From Minisyncoccia bacterium (GTDB lineage Bacteria; Patescibacteriota; Minisyncoccia; Phycocordibacterales; UBA9973): a DNA stretch of 64,000 bases. Positions 28,684 through 38,170 of the stretch are shown here, piece after piece. Numbering within the stretch: the first letter of the stretch is position 1; each line of letters starts with the position of its first letter. Made by a program: the position numbers and the translations under genes. The stretch is taken from NCBI GenBank assembly GCA_965656375.1, contig CBFHKH010000001.1, positions 772,291-836,290 of the forward strand, in the 5' to 3' direction. Below the pieces are notes generated by a model. It did not search any database. It saw only the letters and a list, made by a program, of their open reading frames with translations, and was not told the origin of the DNA.

Positions 28684-29566
28684 TATGTTCGTAATAAAAC
28701 ACAAAAAAATATTCGTTATCATTTCAGTTATACTTGTTGTCTTATCTATCGGTTCGATAAGTTATTTCGGACTCAATCTCGGTATTGATTTCAAAGGAGG
28801 TTCTCTTACAGAGATCGAATACAAAACTACTCGTCCCGAACAAACTGCCATCGAAACAAGCCTTAAGCCGCTTGAACTCGGGGAAGTTATTATCCAGCCT
28901 ACTGGTACACTCGGCTACAGCATCAAGACTCGTGCAGTTACAGAAGAAGAGCGTATGTCTATACTAACCTCACTTGGCAGTGATGCAACAGAGAAGGGCT
29001 TTACTTCTATCGGTCCGTCTGTAGGTGCTGAGCTTGTACGGAAATCAATTCTCTCATTTATCCTTGTATCTCTCGGTATCATCTTCTTTATTGCATTTTC
29101 TTTCCGTAAGGTTTCAAAACCGGTTTCTTCATGGAAGTACGGTTTGATCGCTATTGTGACCCTTATCCACGATATCTTGATTCCTGTCGGTGCGTTTGCA
29201 GCACTTTCTCATTTCTTTGGAACAGAAGTTGATACGCTCTTTGTAGTAGCGATACTTACTGTCCTCGGTCTTTCTGTATCCGATACGATCGTCGTATTTG
29301 ATCGCATTCGTGAAAATATCCGCATCGGACAGTTCAAGTCATTCGAAGAAACTGTCGGTAAAAGCTTGGAGCAGGTATATACTCGATCTATCGCTACATC
29401 CACAACGGTGATCATCGTCCTTCTTGCCCTTGTATTCTTTGGCCCTACAAGCACGAAAGTATTCGCAATGATGATGACAGCTGGTATGTTCTTCGGAGCG
29501 TATTCCTCGATCTTCCTTGCTTCACCTCTTCTCGTAATGGTCAGCGGCGTAGCTAAAAAGAACTAG
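28667..29566 (+). CDS. secF: Protein translocase subunit SecF
   Basis: 299 aa: GIDFKGGS...IGPSVG...FDRIREN. Overlaps the secD end. Confidence 0.9.
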   Translation: MQDKNNMFVIKHKKIFVIISVILVVLSIGSISYFGLNLGIDFKGGSLTEIEYKTTRPEQTAIETSLKPLELGEVIIQPTGTLGYSIKTRAVTEEERMSILTSLGSDATEKGFTSIGPSVGAELVRKSILSFILVSLGIIFFIAFSFRKVSKPVSSWKYGLIAIVTLIHDILIPVGAFAALSHFFGTEVDTLFVVAILTVLGLSVSDTIVVFDRIRENIRIGQFKSFEETVGKSLEQVYTRSIATSTTVIIVLLALVFFGPTSTKVFAMMMTAGMFFGAYSSIFLASPLLVMVSGVAKKN

Positions 29567-29586
29567 AAAATCTCTTATTTTAAGAC

Positions 29587-29616
29587 AAAAAGCTCCTAGA
29601 CATCTAGGGGCTTTTT
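29587..29616 (+). terminator. Rho-independent terminator after secF
   Basis: AAAAAGCTCCTAGA-CAT-CTAGGGGCTTTTT. Confidence 0.55.
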
Positions 29617-29630
29617 GTTATACTTATTGT

Positions 29631-29834
29631 ATGAGTAATCATCATAATCATCCATCTCATGTGCACAACTTTATAAACAAGCACACAGCAGTAGCAATGC
29701 TGATCCTTATTGTAGGATGCTTCTTTGCCGGATATTTTATTGGAAAAGAGGATGCCTGGTCTCGTAAACACAAAGATCAAGATATGAAAAAAGGGTATAT
29801 GATGAAGGATTATCAAAACTCAGTCTACAGATAA
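29631..29834 (+). CDS. Small His-rich membrane protein (67 aa, hypothetical)
   Basis: MSNHHNHPSHVHNF... followed by one TM helix and a charged tail. Confidence 0.3.
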   Translation: MSNHHNHPSHVHNFINKHTAVAMLILIVGCFFAGYFIGKEDAWSRKHKDQDMKKGYMMKDYQNSVYR

Positions 29835-29861
29835 AATTATCATTAAATATCTTAACTATAT

Positions 29862-30410
29862 ATGTATTACGCATTAGGAATTATTGTTGCATTGGTTCTC
29901 TATCTTATTTTAAAATATAACGGGTTCGTGAATTTACGTACTCGAGCAGAAGAAGCATGGGCAGATATTGATGTTCAACTCAAGCGCCGCTATGATCTGA
30001 TCCCAAATCTCGTAAATGCAGTGAAAGGATACGCATCGCATGAATCATCCGCGTTTGAGAAAGTAACTCAAGCACGTGCAGCTGCAATGAATGCAAAAAC
30101 AATGAGTGAACATTCAAAATCTGAAGCGATGCTCGGTAGTGCGATCACTGGACTCTTTGGAATCGCTGAAGCATATCCTGAGCTCAAAGCAAATACGAAT
30201 TTCTTGCAGCTTCAAAATGAACTTTCAGATACTGAGAACAAGATTCAAGCCGCACGTCGCTTCTACAATACGAATGTTCGCGATCTAAACGCAGGAGTAG
30301 AGATGTTCCCAGGAAATATGATCGCAGGAATGTTCAAATTCTCAAAAATGGATTACTTTGAGCTCGAAGAGGGAAGTGCAGAGAGAAATCCTGTAGAAGT
30401 TAAATTTTAA
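29862..30410 (+). CDS. lemA: LemA family protein
   Basis: N-terminal TM helix followed by NLRTRAEEAWADIDVQLKRRYDLIPNLV...RRFYN, the LemA signature. Confidence 0.8.
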   Translation: MYYALGIIVALVLYLILKYNGFVNLRTRAEEAWADIDVQLKRRYDLIPNLVNAVKGYASHESSAFEKVTQARAAAMNAKTMSEHSKSEAMLGSAITGLFGIAEAYPELKANTNFLQLQNELSDTENKIQAARRFYNTNVRDLNAGVEMFPGNMIAGMFKFSKMDYFELEEGSAERNPVEVKF

Positions 30411-30413
30411 ATT

Positions 30414-30902
30414 ATGCAAAAGCAATATTGGTTTTTAAATTCGAAACCAATCACAATTACACTTCTTATCTTTATTGCCCTCATTGGTATTGGCCTTGAG
30501 TTGATTAACGCTCGTACACTACCTGTCAAACAGAACTCTATATCTACTATTCCTGAAGAAACCCAGATAGAAGGGAATAAAGAAGATCTTGTTTCATTCT
30601 CAATTACGCCTGGACAGGAAGTTTCAGGTAAAGTTCATGCAACTGGAATGTTAAGTGGTGGATACTTTTTTGAGGCGAATGTTCCAATATCTGTTCTTGA
30701 TGAGCAGAAAAATGTTATCTTTATGGTTCCTGGTACAGGAGCTGAGTGGATGACATCTAAGCCTGTTTCCTTCTCTGTAGATTTTGATTTCAGTAAAGCA
30801 CCTAAAGGAAAAGGATATATAAAAATTACTCAAGATGATCCTTCAGGAGGAGAGAGTGGTCTACCGATACGATCAGTATTAATTCCAATTGTAATAAAAT
30901 GA
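30414..30902 (+). CDS. Hypothetical membrane-anchored exported protein
   Basis: 162 aa with an N-terminal TM helix, within the LemA-HtpX operon. Confidence 0.45.
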   Translation: MQKQYWFLNSKPITITLLIFIALIGIGLELINARTLPVKQNSISTIPEETQIEGNKEDLVSFSITPGQEVSGKVHATGMLSGGYFFEANVPISVLDEQKNVIFMVPGTGAEWMTSKPVSFSVDFDFSKAPKGKGYIKITQDDPSGGESGLPIRSVLIPIVIK

Positions 30903-31498
30903 ATAAAAAATATAACATCATAATAGCTGTCCTACTCATAGTAATTATCATTCTCGTTGCTATTAAGTTCAAACCGAAAGATGAAGTTACTATTGTGCCC
31001 GAAGAGATAGGTGTTCAGAGTACAATTTTTGATTGGAAATCACTTTCTTCCTCCGATGTTTTCAAGATTGCATCAAAAATACCTGACCTACAATTTTATC
31101 CTGAAGTTCCGATCGAGCTTTCCGCAGTCGCCGATCTGACCGGAGATGGTATCCCTGAGGGAGTCTTTACTGGTGATGGTGGCAATAATGGACTCTCTAT
31201 TATTCTTTCAAAAACTAATGAAAGCGGCACTATAACTTTGCTCCAGCAAAAAGATCAGTATGGCACTGTCGGCCCCGTTACTCTCCTGAGCGTTGGAAGA
31301 GCTATGATAAACGAAGGATACCAATTACTTCCAGAGGAACATGGGTTCTACACAGTTTCAAGATCGTACGATCCAGATGGAGATTATTTTATTTGCAATG
31401 AATCTGGAGTAAATGCCTATATATGGAATTCATCAACGAAACTTTTTGAATGGAATAAATCATATTCAGAAAAATATACGTCTGAAGCGTGTAAATAA
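30899..31498 (+). CDS. Hypothetical membrane-anchored exported protein
   Basis: 199 aa with an N-terminal TM helix and a 4-nt overlap with the upstream gene. Confidence 0.45.
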   Translation: MNKKYNIIIAVLLIVIIILVAIKFKPKDEVTIVPEEIGVQSTIFDWKSLSSSDVFKIASKIPDLQFYPEVPIELSAVADLTGDGIPEGVFTGDGGNNGLSIILSKTNESGTITLLQQKDQYGTVGPVTLLSVGRAMINEGYQLLPEEHGFYTVSRSYDPDGDYFICNESGVNAYIWNSSTKLFEWNKSYSEKYTSEACK

Positions 31499-31563
31499 AT
31501 TAAAAAACATGTGGGCATCTTTGTCAATATTTGGTTTTTTTGATATACTGTATCTATAAAGAT

Positions 31564-32445
31564 ATGGCTACACTATACACGCAAGCAACAAAAAATGTCA
31601 CAAAAACATGGATACTCATGTCGAGTTTTCTTGTTATTGTTATAGCGCTCGGATTCTATATCTCACAGCTCTACGGTAACCCAAATATTTTATATATATT
31701 CGTCGCGTTTTCAATCATCATGAATATTGTAGGATACTGGCGCTCAGACAAAATCGCGCTCTCAATTGCTGGTGCGCACCCGGCAACCCGTGCGCAGTAT
31801 TTTGATCTCTATACTACTGTCGAGAATCTTTGCATTACTGCTGGTCTTCCATTGCCAAAGATCTATGTTATCAACGACTCTGCTCCAAATGCGTTTGCTA
31901 CTGGCCGTGACAAGAATCACGCAGTCGTAGCTGTATCGACTGGACTTCTTGATGTCATGAACAAGACCGAACTCGAAGGTGTCATCGCACATGAACTTTC
32001 CCATATCGGAAATCGCGATATGCTTGTCTCTACTGTTGCTGTTGTTATTGTTGGATTTATTGCGATTGTTTCTGATATGCTCATGCGAATGTCATTCTCT
32101 GGCTCGCATAATAGCGACGACAACAAGGGAAGTGGGGTATTTATTATCATTGGTATCATCCTTTCGATCTTGGCGCCGATCATGGCGTCACTGATTCAGC
32201 TTGCGATCTCGCGCAAGCGAGAATATCTGGCCGATGCGTCCGGAGCGCTACTTACTCGCTATCCAGAAGGACTTGCATCAGCGCTTGAGAAAATCGGAAT
32301 GTATCAGCGACCCATGATAAAGAAATCAACCGCGATCGCGCATCTGTATATATCAAATCCATTTGGAGCAGGGAAGAAGCTTTCAAATCTTTTCTCAACT
32401 CATCCGCCGATCGAAGAGCGTATCAAGATACTTCGGGGAATGTAA
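31564..32445 (+). CDS. htpX: M48-family zinc metalloprotease HtpX
   Basis: HELSHIGNRD (HExxH) and a downstream EYLADA-type glutamate. Start placed at MATLYT after the TGATATACT promoter; the track ORF starts 33 nt earlier. Confidence 0.8.
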   Translation: MATLYTQATKNVTKTWILMSSFLVIVIALGFYISQLYGNPNILYIFVAFSIIMNIVGYWRSDKIALSIAGAHPATRAQYFDLYTTVENLCITAGLPLPKIYVINDSAPNAFATGRDKNHAVVAVSTGLLDVMNKTELEGVIAHELSHIGNRDMLVSTVAVVIVGFIAIVSDMLMRMSFSGSHNSDDNKGSGVFIIIGIILSILAPIMASLIQLAISRKREYLADASGALLTRYPEGLASALEKIGMYQRPMIKKSTAIAHLYISNPFGAGKKLSNLFSTHPPIEERIKILRGM

Positions 32446-32453
32446 TTTTTACT

Positions 32454-33020
32454 ATGGTTCAAAAAATAAAGATCAACAAGAAAAAGCTCCGTACGCTTGA
32501 ACCTACCAAGAATCCATTCCAGTCTCTCGTACGGTCGATTATTTTCCAGCAGCTCTCTGGTAAAGCTGCGACTTCTATATTGAATAAATTTATTGCACTG
32601 TGGCCTGCTAAAAAATTCCCGAACCCTGAAGACGTGCTCGCGCTTACTGATGCTCAATTCAAAAGTGCTGGAGTCTCATCACAAAAAGCTTCGTATCTTC
32701 GCGACTTATCCTTAAAGTTTGTTGACGGTACGATCAATCCGAAAAAGTTTTCAAAGATGTCTGATACTGAAATCGAAGAACATTTAGTAAGAGTAAAAGG
32801 AGTGGGTGTATGGACGGCACACATGTTTCTCATCTTTGCTCTCAATCGTCCCGATGTGCTACCGACAGGGGACTTGGCAATTCGGAAAGGGTTCATGAAA
32901 GCATTTGCACTCAAAACGATGCCAAGCCATGAAAAGATGGTGCAACTTGCAAAAGCTCACGCGGGAGAGCGTACATACTTGTCGCTCCATCTGTGGGGCA
33001 TTATGGATGATGAGAAATAA
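32454..33020 (+). CDS. HhH-GPD superfamily DNA glycosylase (AlkA / 3-methyladenine glycosylase II-like)
   Basis: Helix-hairpin-helix LVRVKGVGVWTAHMFLIFAL plus a catalytic Asp in LPTGDLAIRKG. Confidence 0.75.
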   Translation: MVQKIKINKKKLRTLEPTKNPFQSLVRSIIFQQLSGKAATSILNKFIALWPAKKFPNPEDVLALTDAQFKSAGVSSQKASYLRDLSLKFVDGTINPKKFSKMSDTEIEEHLVRVKGVGVWTAHMFLIFALNRPDVLPTGDLAIRKGFMKAFALKTMPSHEKMVQLAKAHAGERTYLSLHLWGIMDDEK

Positions 33021-33142
33021 AGCGGTTTGGTAAATAGTCGTATTTCTAGTAGTATAGCTACAGATGTTCCTTTCACATGTGGATTTATTATTATAATTCA
33101 CATATACTACAATGCCTGCCGCAAGGCGGGCATTGTAGGTAT

Positions 33143-33229
33143 GGAGAGGTCGCATAGCGGTCTAGTGCACTGCCTTGGAAAGGCAGCAAAGTGTAAAAGC
33201 TTTCGGAGGTTCGAATCCTCTCCTCTCCG
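33143..33229 (+). tRNA. tRNA-Ser (anticodon GGA), long variable arm
   Basis: Acceptor GGAGAGG/CCTCTCC, anticodon stem CTGCC/GGCAG with loop TTGGAAA, a 19-nt variable arm, T-arm GGAGGTTCGAATCCTCT and discriminator G. Preceded by a perfect hairpin (33105-33133). Confidence 0.75.
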
Positions 33230-33235
33230 CATCTA

Positions 33236-33573
33236 TTGACATTATGTATACGGTTATGTAATATAGGCATAGATTAATTCCAGGAAAGCAAAGGGAATTC
33301 TGTGCACATTGCACCTGATATCCAAACGATAATATACTGATACGTCACGAGCCTTACGGGCACGTTTGTTCCAAATTTACATTATGAGGAATAAACCTTT
33401 GGCCAAAAACCAACCTGACTTACCAAACAGATAGTAAAGCGCTTGCTATACTGTTTCAGTTAAAAACAAAAGATATCATTGCCGAGCCTACATTAAGAGA
33501 TTTATGCTTCTTACAGCCCATCTTCTAGTGTGGAGTTGATCAAAAGCCTGCGATACTGTTGCAGGCTTTTTTA
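33236..33573 (+). ncRNA. Putative ORF-less transcript (~300 nt) bounded by a consensus promoter (TTGACA-17-TAATAT) and a rho-independent terminator
   Basis: -35 at 33236-41, -10 at 33259-64, terminator GCCTGC-GATACTGTT-GCAGGC+T6 at 33546-33573. The longest ATG ORFs inside are 16 and 11 codons. Identity unknown: no RNase P, tmRNA or SRP signature was recognised by eye. Confidence 0.3.
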
Positions 33574-33613
33574 TTTGTGATAAATCCGGAAGTATCATAC
33601 AATACTCATATAT

Positions 33614-34861
33614 ATGGCAAAAGAGAAGAAAAAAGTAGTCATACTTGGTGGTGGATTTGGAGGCCTCTATACGTACAAGGGGCTTTATAAATATTTCAAG
33701 CATCACGAGATTGATATCACGATCGTCAATCGCAATAATTACTTTCTCTTTACGCCGATGCTCCACGAAGTTGCTACGGGTGGTGTTGCTCATCACCAAG
33801 TTGTTGAATCAATCCGCCAGGTTATCTACAAGACAAATGATAGGCTTCATATTGCCAACGTAGAATCTGTTGATTGTCAGGCACAAAAAGTGCGAACAAG
33901 TATTGGAGAACTCCCATACGACATACTTGTTGTCGCACTCGGCGCGACAACAAACTTTTTCAATGCGCCTGGAGCAGAAGAACATAGCTTTGTACTCAAA
34001 GATCTCCGTGATGCGATACGCCTGCGTACGACGCTTATCGAGACATTCGAAAAAGCATCGGAAATAGCAGATATAGATGAACGGAAGAAAGCTCTTTCGT
34101 TTGCAGTTGTAGGTGGGGGACCTACTGGTGTAGAACTTGTTGCTGAAATTGCAGAACTGTATATGACTACATTCTTGAAATATTATCATGGGATCATAAC
34201 CCCGGCTGATATATCGCTCTATCTTATCAATGCTGGACCGGAGATTCTTTCTCCATTCCACCCTTCGCTACGCAAGAATGCGCTTGCTGCGCTGCGTCAT
34301 AGCGGAGTGACTGTTATGCTCGATAGTGTTGTAAAAGAAGTCAAACAAGGCAGTATTGTCTTTAATGATGATTCATCGTTAGACGTTTCTCATATTATTT
34401 GGACTGCGGGAGTTAAGCCACATGCTCCGATGTTTACGCATACTACCCCCCAAGATAAAGCAGGACGTATCATGGTGAATCAATCTCTCCAGATGATAGA
34501 TTGTCCAAATGTTTTTGTTATTGGTGACATGGCAAGTGTCGCAGGAGATGATGGCAAGCCGCTTCCAATGCTCGCGCAAGTCGCTGAGCGACAAGGGCTT
34601 CATACAGGCAAAAATATCAAGCGTCTCGTAGAAGGCAAACCACTCTTGCCATTCATCTATGACTCATCGGGGCAGCTCGCGTCGCTTGGGCAGTGGAATG
34701 CAATTGCAGATATCTACGGATTCCGTTTCTCTGGTGCATTTGCATGGTTCCTTTGGCGAACGGTCTATTTTTTCAAATTCCTCTCTGGTTCAAAGAGACT
34801 CAAGATCGCTGTCGACTGGACAGTGAACTTGTTCTATCCTCGCGATATCACAAAAGCATAA
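33614..34861 (+). CDS. ndh: Type II NADH dehydrogenase / FAD-dependent pyridine nucleotide-disulfide oxidoreductase
   Basis: VVILGGGFGGLYT (FAD GxGxxG), a second dinucleotide motif VVGGGPTGVELV, and GDMASV. 415 aa. Promoter TTGTGA-17-TACAAT upstream. Confidence 0.8.
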   Translation: MAKEKKKVVILGGGFGGLYTYKGLYKYFKHHEIDITIVNRNNYFLFTPMLHEVATGGVAHHQVVESIRQVIYKTNDRLHIANVESVDCQAQKVRTSIGELPYDILVVALGATTNFFNAPGAEEHSFVLKDLRDAIRLRTTLIETFEKASEIADIDERKKALSFAVVGGGPTGVELVAEIAELYMTTFLKYYHGIITPADISLYLINAGPEILSPFHPSLRKNALAALRHSGVTVMLDSVVKEVKQGSIVFNDDSSLDVSHIIWTAGVKPHAPMFTHTTPQDKAGRIMVNQSLQMIDCPNVFVIGDMASVAGDDGKPLPMLAQVAERQGLHTGKNIKRLVEGKPLLPFIYDSSGQLASLGQWNAIADIYGFRFSGAFAWFLWRTVYFFKFLSGSKRLKIAVDWTVNLFYPRDITKA

Positions 34862-34862
34862 T

Positions 34863-35549
34863 ATGTCACATCAAGGCGATGCATGGGAGCGTGAATACAA
34901 AAATCCAAAGCTCGTCACCAAGCGAGATGGACCCCAAGCTGATACTTTGCGATTTTTAAAATTCTTGAAAAAGGATCAAAAATATACTGTGGAGAATAAA
35001 GTAATTCTTGATCTTGGGTGTGGTACTGGTCGCAATTCAAATTATTTAGCTCGGGAAGGGAATACAGTCATTGGAATTGAAATTTCAAAAACCGCACTTG
35101 ATGTAGCAAAATCTAGAGCATATGATTTAGGTATAGAGGTGGATTATAGACTTGGCGATATTGGACAGCCATACAATGTAGAATCTGGTTCAATTGATAT
35201 TATTCTTGATGTTACATCTTCGAATTCTCTGGATGAGACAGGCAGGGCGACGTATCTCTCGGAGTGTAATCGCCTGCTCAAAGGTGGAGGATATATGTTT
35301 GTTCGCGCACTCTGCAAGGATGGGAACAAGAATGTGAAAAACCTACTGAAAGACAGTCCAGGTAAAGAATACGATACCTATATCATTAAAGAGATTGGTT
35401 TAACTGAGCGTGTATTTAGCAGAGAAGATTTTATAAAACTCTATAGTCAGTTTTTTAAAATTCTCAAACTAGAGAAGAAAACGAGCTATACTACTTTTAA
35501 TGATCGGATTTACAAGCGTGACTACTGGTTGGCGTATTTACAAAAATAA
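34863..35549 (+). CDS. Class I SAM-dependent methyltransferase
   Basis: Motif I ILDLGCGTGRNSNYLA and post-I acidic DIILDV. Confidence 0.75.
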   Translation: MSHQGDAWEREYKNPKLVTKRDGPQADTLRFLKFLKKDQKYTVENKVILDLGCGTGRNSNYLAREGNTVIGIEISKTALDVAKSRAYDLGIEVDYRLGDIGQPYNVESGSIDIILDVTSSNSLDETGRATYLSECNRLLKGGGYMFVRALCKDGNKNVKNLLKDSPGKEYDTYIIKEIGLTERVFSREDFIKLYSQFFKILKLEKKTSYTTFNDRIYKRDYWLAYLQK

Positions 35550-35566
35550 TAAAATATTCGACTTGC

Positions 35567-35989
35567 TTGAAATCTCAAGCAGAGTCATATAATAAATCTA
35601 TGGATAAAGAAGAACTAAAAAAGAAACTAACACCAGAGGAATATCATGTCACTCAGGAAAAGGGTACGGAAGTACCCTACAGCGGAAAATACCATGACGA
35701 AAAAGCAAAAGGTATATATAATTGTAAGGTCTGTAATACGCCTCTTTTTTCATCAGATGCAAAATATGACACAAGTTATGAATGGCTTAAAGGCTGGCCA
35801 AGCTTTGATCAGGCAATACCAGATTCCGTAGAATATCGAGAAGATACAAGTTATGGAATGCATCGTACGGAAGTAATCTGTGCGAAGTGCAAATCCCATT
35901 TGGGCCATATATTTGATGATATGGAGGCCAAAACAGGCAAGCATTTCTGCCTCAATTCATGCTCTCTTGATCTAGACAAAAAAGAGTAG
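35567..35989 (+). CDS. msrB: Peptide-methionine (R)-S-oxide reductase MsrB
   Basis: SelR domain with two CxxC pairs (CKVCNTPLF...CAKCKSHLGHIFDD) and the conserved HLGH. Confidence 0.9.
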   Translation: MKSQAESYNKSMDKEELKKKLTPEEYHVTQEKGTEVPYSGKYHDEKAKGIYNCKVCNTPLFSSDAKYDTSYEWLKGWPSFDQAIPDSVEYREDTSYGMHRTEVICAKCKSHLGHIFDDMEAKTGKHFCLNSCSLDLDKKE

Positions 35990-36180
35990 ATTAATGGTAT
36001 ACTAGATATGGGTTGGTTTTATCAGTTAATTCAACTTAAATTTTATGGAAGAAGAAGTAAAGACATGTGATAACTGTGAAGCATGTGCAGCTGGATGCAC
36101 TATGCACGAAGGTGGAGAGGCTCCAATGGGAGGCGAAGCTCCTACTGAGGAAGCAGCAATGTAATTAATGAGTTCTATAC

Positions 36181-36202
36181 AAAATCCCCTTTAGGGGATT
36201 TT
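36181..36202 (+). terminator. Rho-independent terminator
   Basis: AAAATCCCC-TTTA-GGGGATTTT. Confidence 0.6.
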
Positions 36203-36225
36203 GTCATTTTGGGTATACTTATCAT

Positions 36226-36912
36226 ATGGCACAAATAAAAACGAAAGTTGAAACAGCAAAGATCAAGAAGGCATGCAAAATAACGGATGCAATTTTCGTA
36301 ACACTTCTTAAGCAAAATCTGAAGAGGATGACCGAGATTGAGCTACGGGATTTTATCTTACAAGAAATCAAAAAGAGAAAATTAAAGCCAAGCTTTCCAC
36401 CGATAGTTACCGGAGGGAAGCGTGCAGGCAATGAAATCCATCCGCAGTCGACAGATCACAAGCTTTCTGGATTTGTGATTATAGATTTTGGGGTGATATA
36501 TGAAAAATATATGTCAGATATGACACGAACTATTTACGTTGGCATACCGACGAAGGAAGAAAAAGCACTCTATGAACTTCTCTTGAAATCCGAAGAGCTC
36601 GGGATTACTATCGCGAGTATTGGAATGTACTGTGCGGATGTTGACGATATCGTGCGTAAATCTCTCGGTCACTACAAGAAATATTTCATCCATATGCTTG
36701 GTCATGGCGTAGGGGCAAAGATACACGAAGAGCCGAAACTCTATTACAAACTCACAAAACCAGTACTCAAAGAAAATATGATCATTACAATCGAGCCTGG
36801 AATCTATATCAAGAATAAACTCGGCATTCGTATTGAGGACACGTGTTTGATTACAAAGTATGGCTGTATTCCGCTTACAAAATCTCCTAAAAGGCTTATT
36901 GTGGTAAGATAG
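36226..36912 (+). CDS. M24-family metallopeptidase (minimal pita-bread fold; Xaa-Pro dipeptidase/aminopeptidase-like)
   Basis: Metal-ligand pattern D..D (IIDFGVIYEKYMSDMTRT), H (HMLGHGVG), E (ITIEPGIY), E (GIRIEDT). Confidence 0.7.
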   Translation: MAQIKTKVETAKIKKACKITDAIFVTLLKQNLKRMTEIELRDFILQEIKKRKLKPSFPPIVTGGKRAGNEIHPQSTDHKLSGFVIIDFGVIYEKYMSDMTRTIYVGIPTKEEKALYELLLKSEELGITIASIGMYCADVDDIVRKSLGHYKKYFIHMLGHGVGAKIHEEPKLYYKLTKPVLKENMIITIEPGIYIKNKLGIRIEDTCLITKYGCIPLTKSPKRLIVVR

Positions 36913-36919
36913 CCAATAT

Positions 36920-37675
36920 ATGAATATTGGTGTATTTGACTCAGGATTTGGTGGTTTGTGGATACTAAAGTATCTCGAAAAAGAGCTCCCAGACCATAAC
37001 TACATATACTTTGCAGATCAGGCGCACTTGCCGTATGGAATGCGAGAGCCTTCCGATATCATCAAGCTTAGCTGTGATATTACTGATTTTCTGCTTGCGA
37101 AAAATTGCGCACTTATTGTAATTGCGTGCAATACTGCGACATCAGCTGCGATTAGTACGTTACGAGAAAAATACAGTGTGCCATTTGTCGGCATCGAGCC
37201 TGCGATCAAGCCCGCATCTGAGCAGTCAAAAACTGGCCACATCGGAGTGCTTGCCACAAAAGTAACTGCAGAAGGGAAAAAACTTGAAGACAGTATAGAA
37301 AAGTTTGCAGCAGATGTAGAGGTTCATACGGTAATCGGCTTTGGATTGGTAGAACTTGTGGAGGAAGGGAAAGCAGATACTGATGAAGGAGAAGAACTTC
37401 TCCGTACATATCTTGAACCAATGCTCGAAAAGAATATTGATCAACTTGTCCTTGGTTGTACCCACTATGCATTTCTTATTAATCGCATTCGGAAAATTGT
37501 TGGCGATGGGGTGACTATCGTTGACCCTGCACCAGCGGTTGTTCGTCGAGTGAAACAGTTGATAGAAGAAAATCACATCCTTCCAACAGATACTAAAAAA
37601 GAATCTGAGATTGTCACCTCAGGTCCTGATGTAAATAAAGTAGAAGAATTTTATCAAAAAATGGATCTGCTATAA
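36920..37675 (+). CDS. murI: Glutamate racemase
   Basis: IGVFDSGFGGL, the Cys-containing VIACNTA and VLGCTHY motifs. 251 aa. Confidence 0.9.
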   Translation: MNIGVFDSGFGGLWILKYLEKELPDHNYIYFADQAHLPYGMREPSDIIKLSCDITDFLLAKNCALIVIACNTATSAAISTLREKYSVPFVGIEPAIKPASEQSKTGHIGVLATKVTAEGKKLEDSIEKFAADVEVHTVIGFGLVELVEEGKADTDEGEELLRTYLEPMLEKNIDQLVLGCTHYAFLINRIRKIVGDGVTIVDPAPAVVRRVKQLIEENHILPTDTKKESEIVTSGPDVNKVEEFYQKMDLL

Positions 37676-37707
37676 TAGCAAATCCATTTGAATACCCAAG
37701 GTATTAT

Positions 37708-38022
37708 TTACCTTACATCAATTACTTCTCCTACTACGATATTTCTTCTTATCATTCCACCGAGGCTGATAGTATCTTTTGGCTGCCACAGATTACTATT
37801 GTAGATAAATTCATTACCAGTAGCTGATAAGAATCCCTCTACTTTCATTATCGCAATGGTCCTGCCAGTATCAGATAAACTGATGTAGTCATCCATAACT
37901 GGGGCCACTTTTGCTGTGTACTCTATACCATTTTCAGATCGGATGGTAACTGTTTTTTTAGTACTGCAGGCAACTAATGTAAGTAAAGTAGAAAAGAGCG
38001 CAATTGAAAATAACTTTTTCAT
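37708..38022 (-). CDS. Small lipoprotein (hypothetical)
   Basis: Signal peptide with lipobox LVAC|S (MKKLFSIALFSTLLTLVACSTKK). Confidence 0.5.
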   Translation of the reverse strand: MKKLFSIALFSTLLTLVACSTKKTVTIRSENGIEYTAKVAPVMDDYISLSDTGRTIAIMKVEGFLSATGNEFIYNSNLWQPKDTISLGGMIRRNIVVGEVIDVR

Positions 38023-38170
38023 TTTTTATTATGTTTGGTTTAAAAATCGGGTTGTATAGAAGTTCAATTTTTTGAACACTTATAAAACCCGACAAACCAA
38101 AACTCTCTTAGGTATATTATACCACAAAGAATATCAATTTGTCAAGATAAAATACAGTACTATAATATAG

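Noticed and set aside
36044-36164. Cys-rich mini-ORF (…TCDNCEACAAGCTMHEGGEAPMGGEAPTEEAAM) between msrB and its terminator
   Set aside because: As the sequence reads, the ATG frame stops after 8 codons (MEEEVKDM*). The Cys-rich frame has no upstream start after a TAA, and its first ATG gives only 21 aa. It would need a 1-nt frameshift in the A-run GTAAAAGAC to be a 39-aa peptide. This could be a sequencing error or a decaying small gene, and is not callable.
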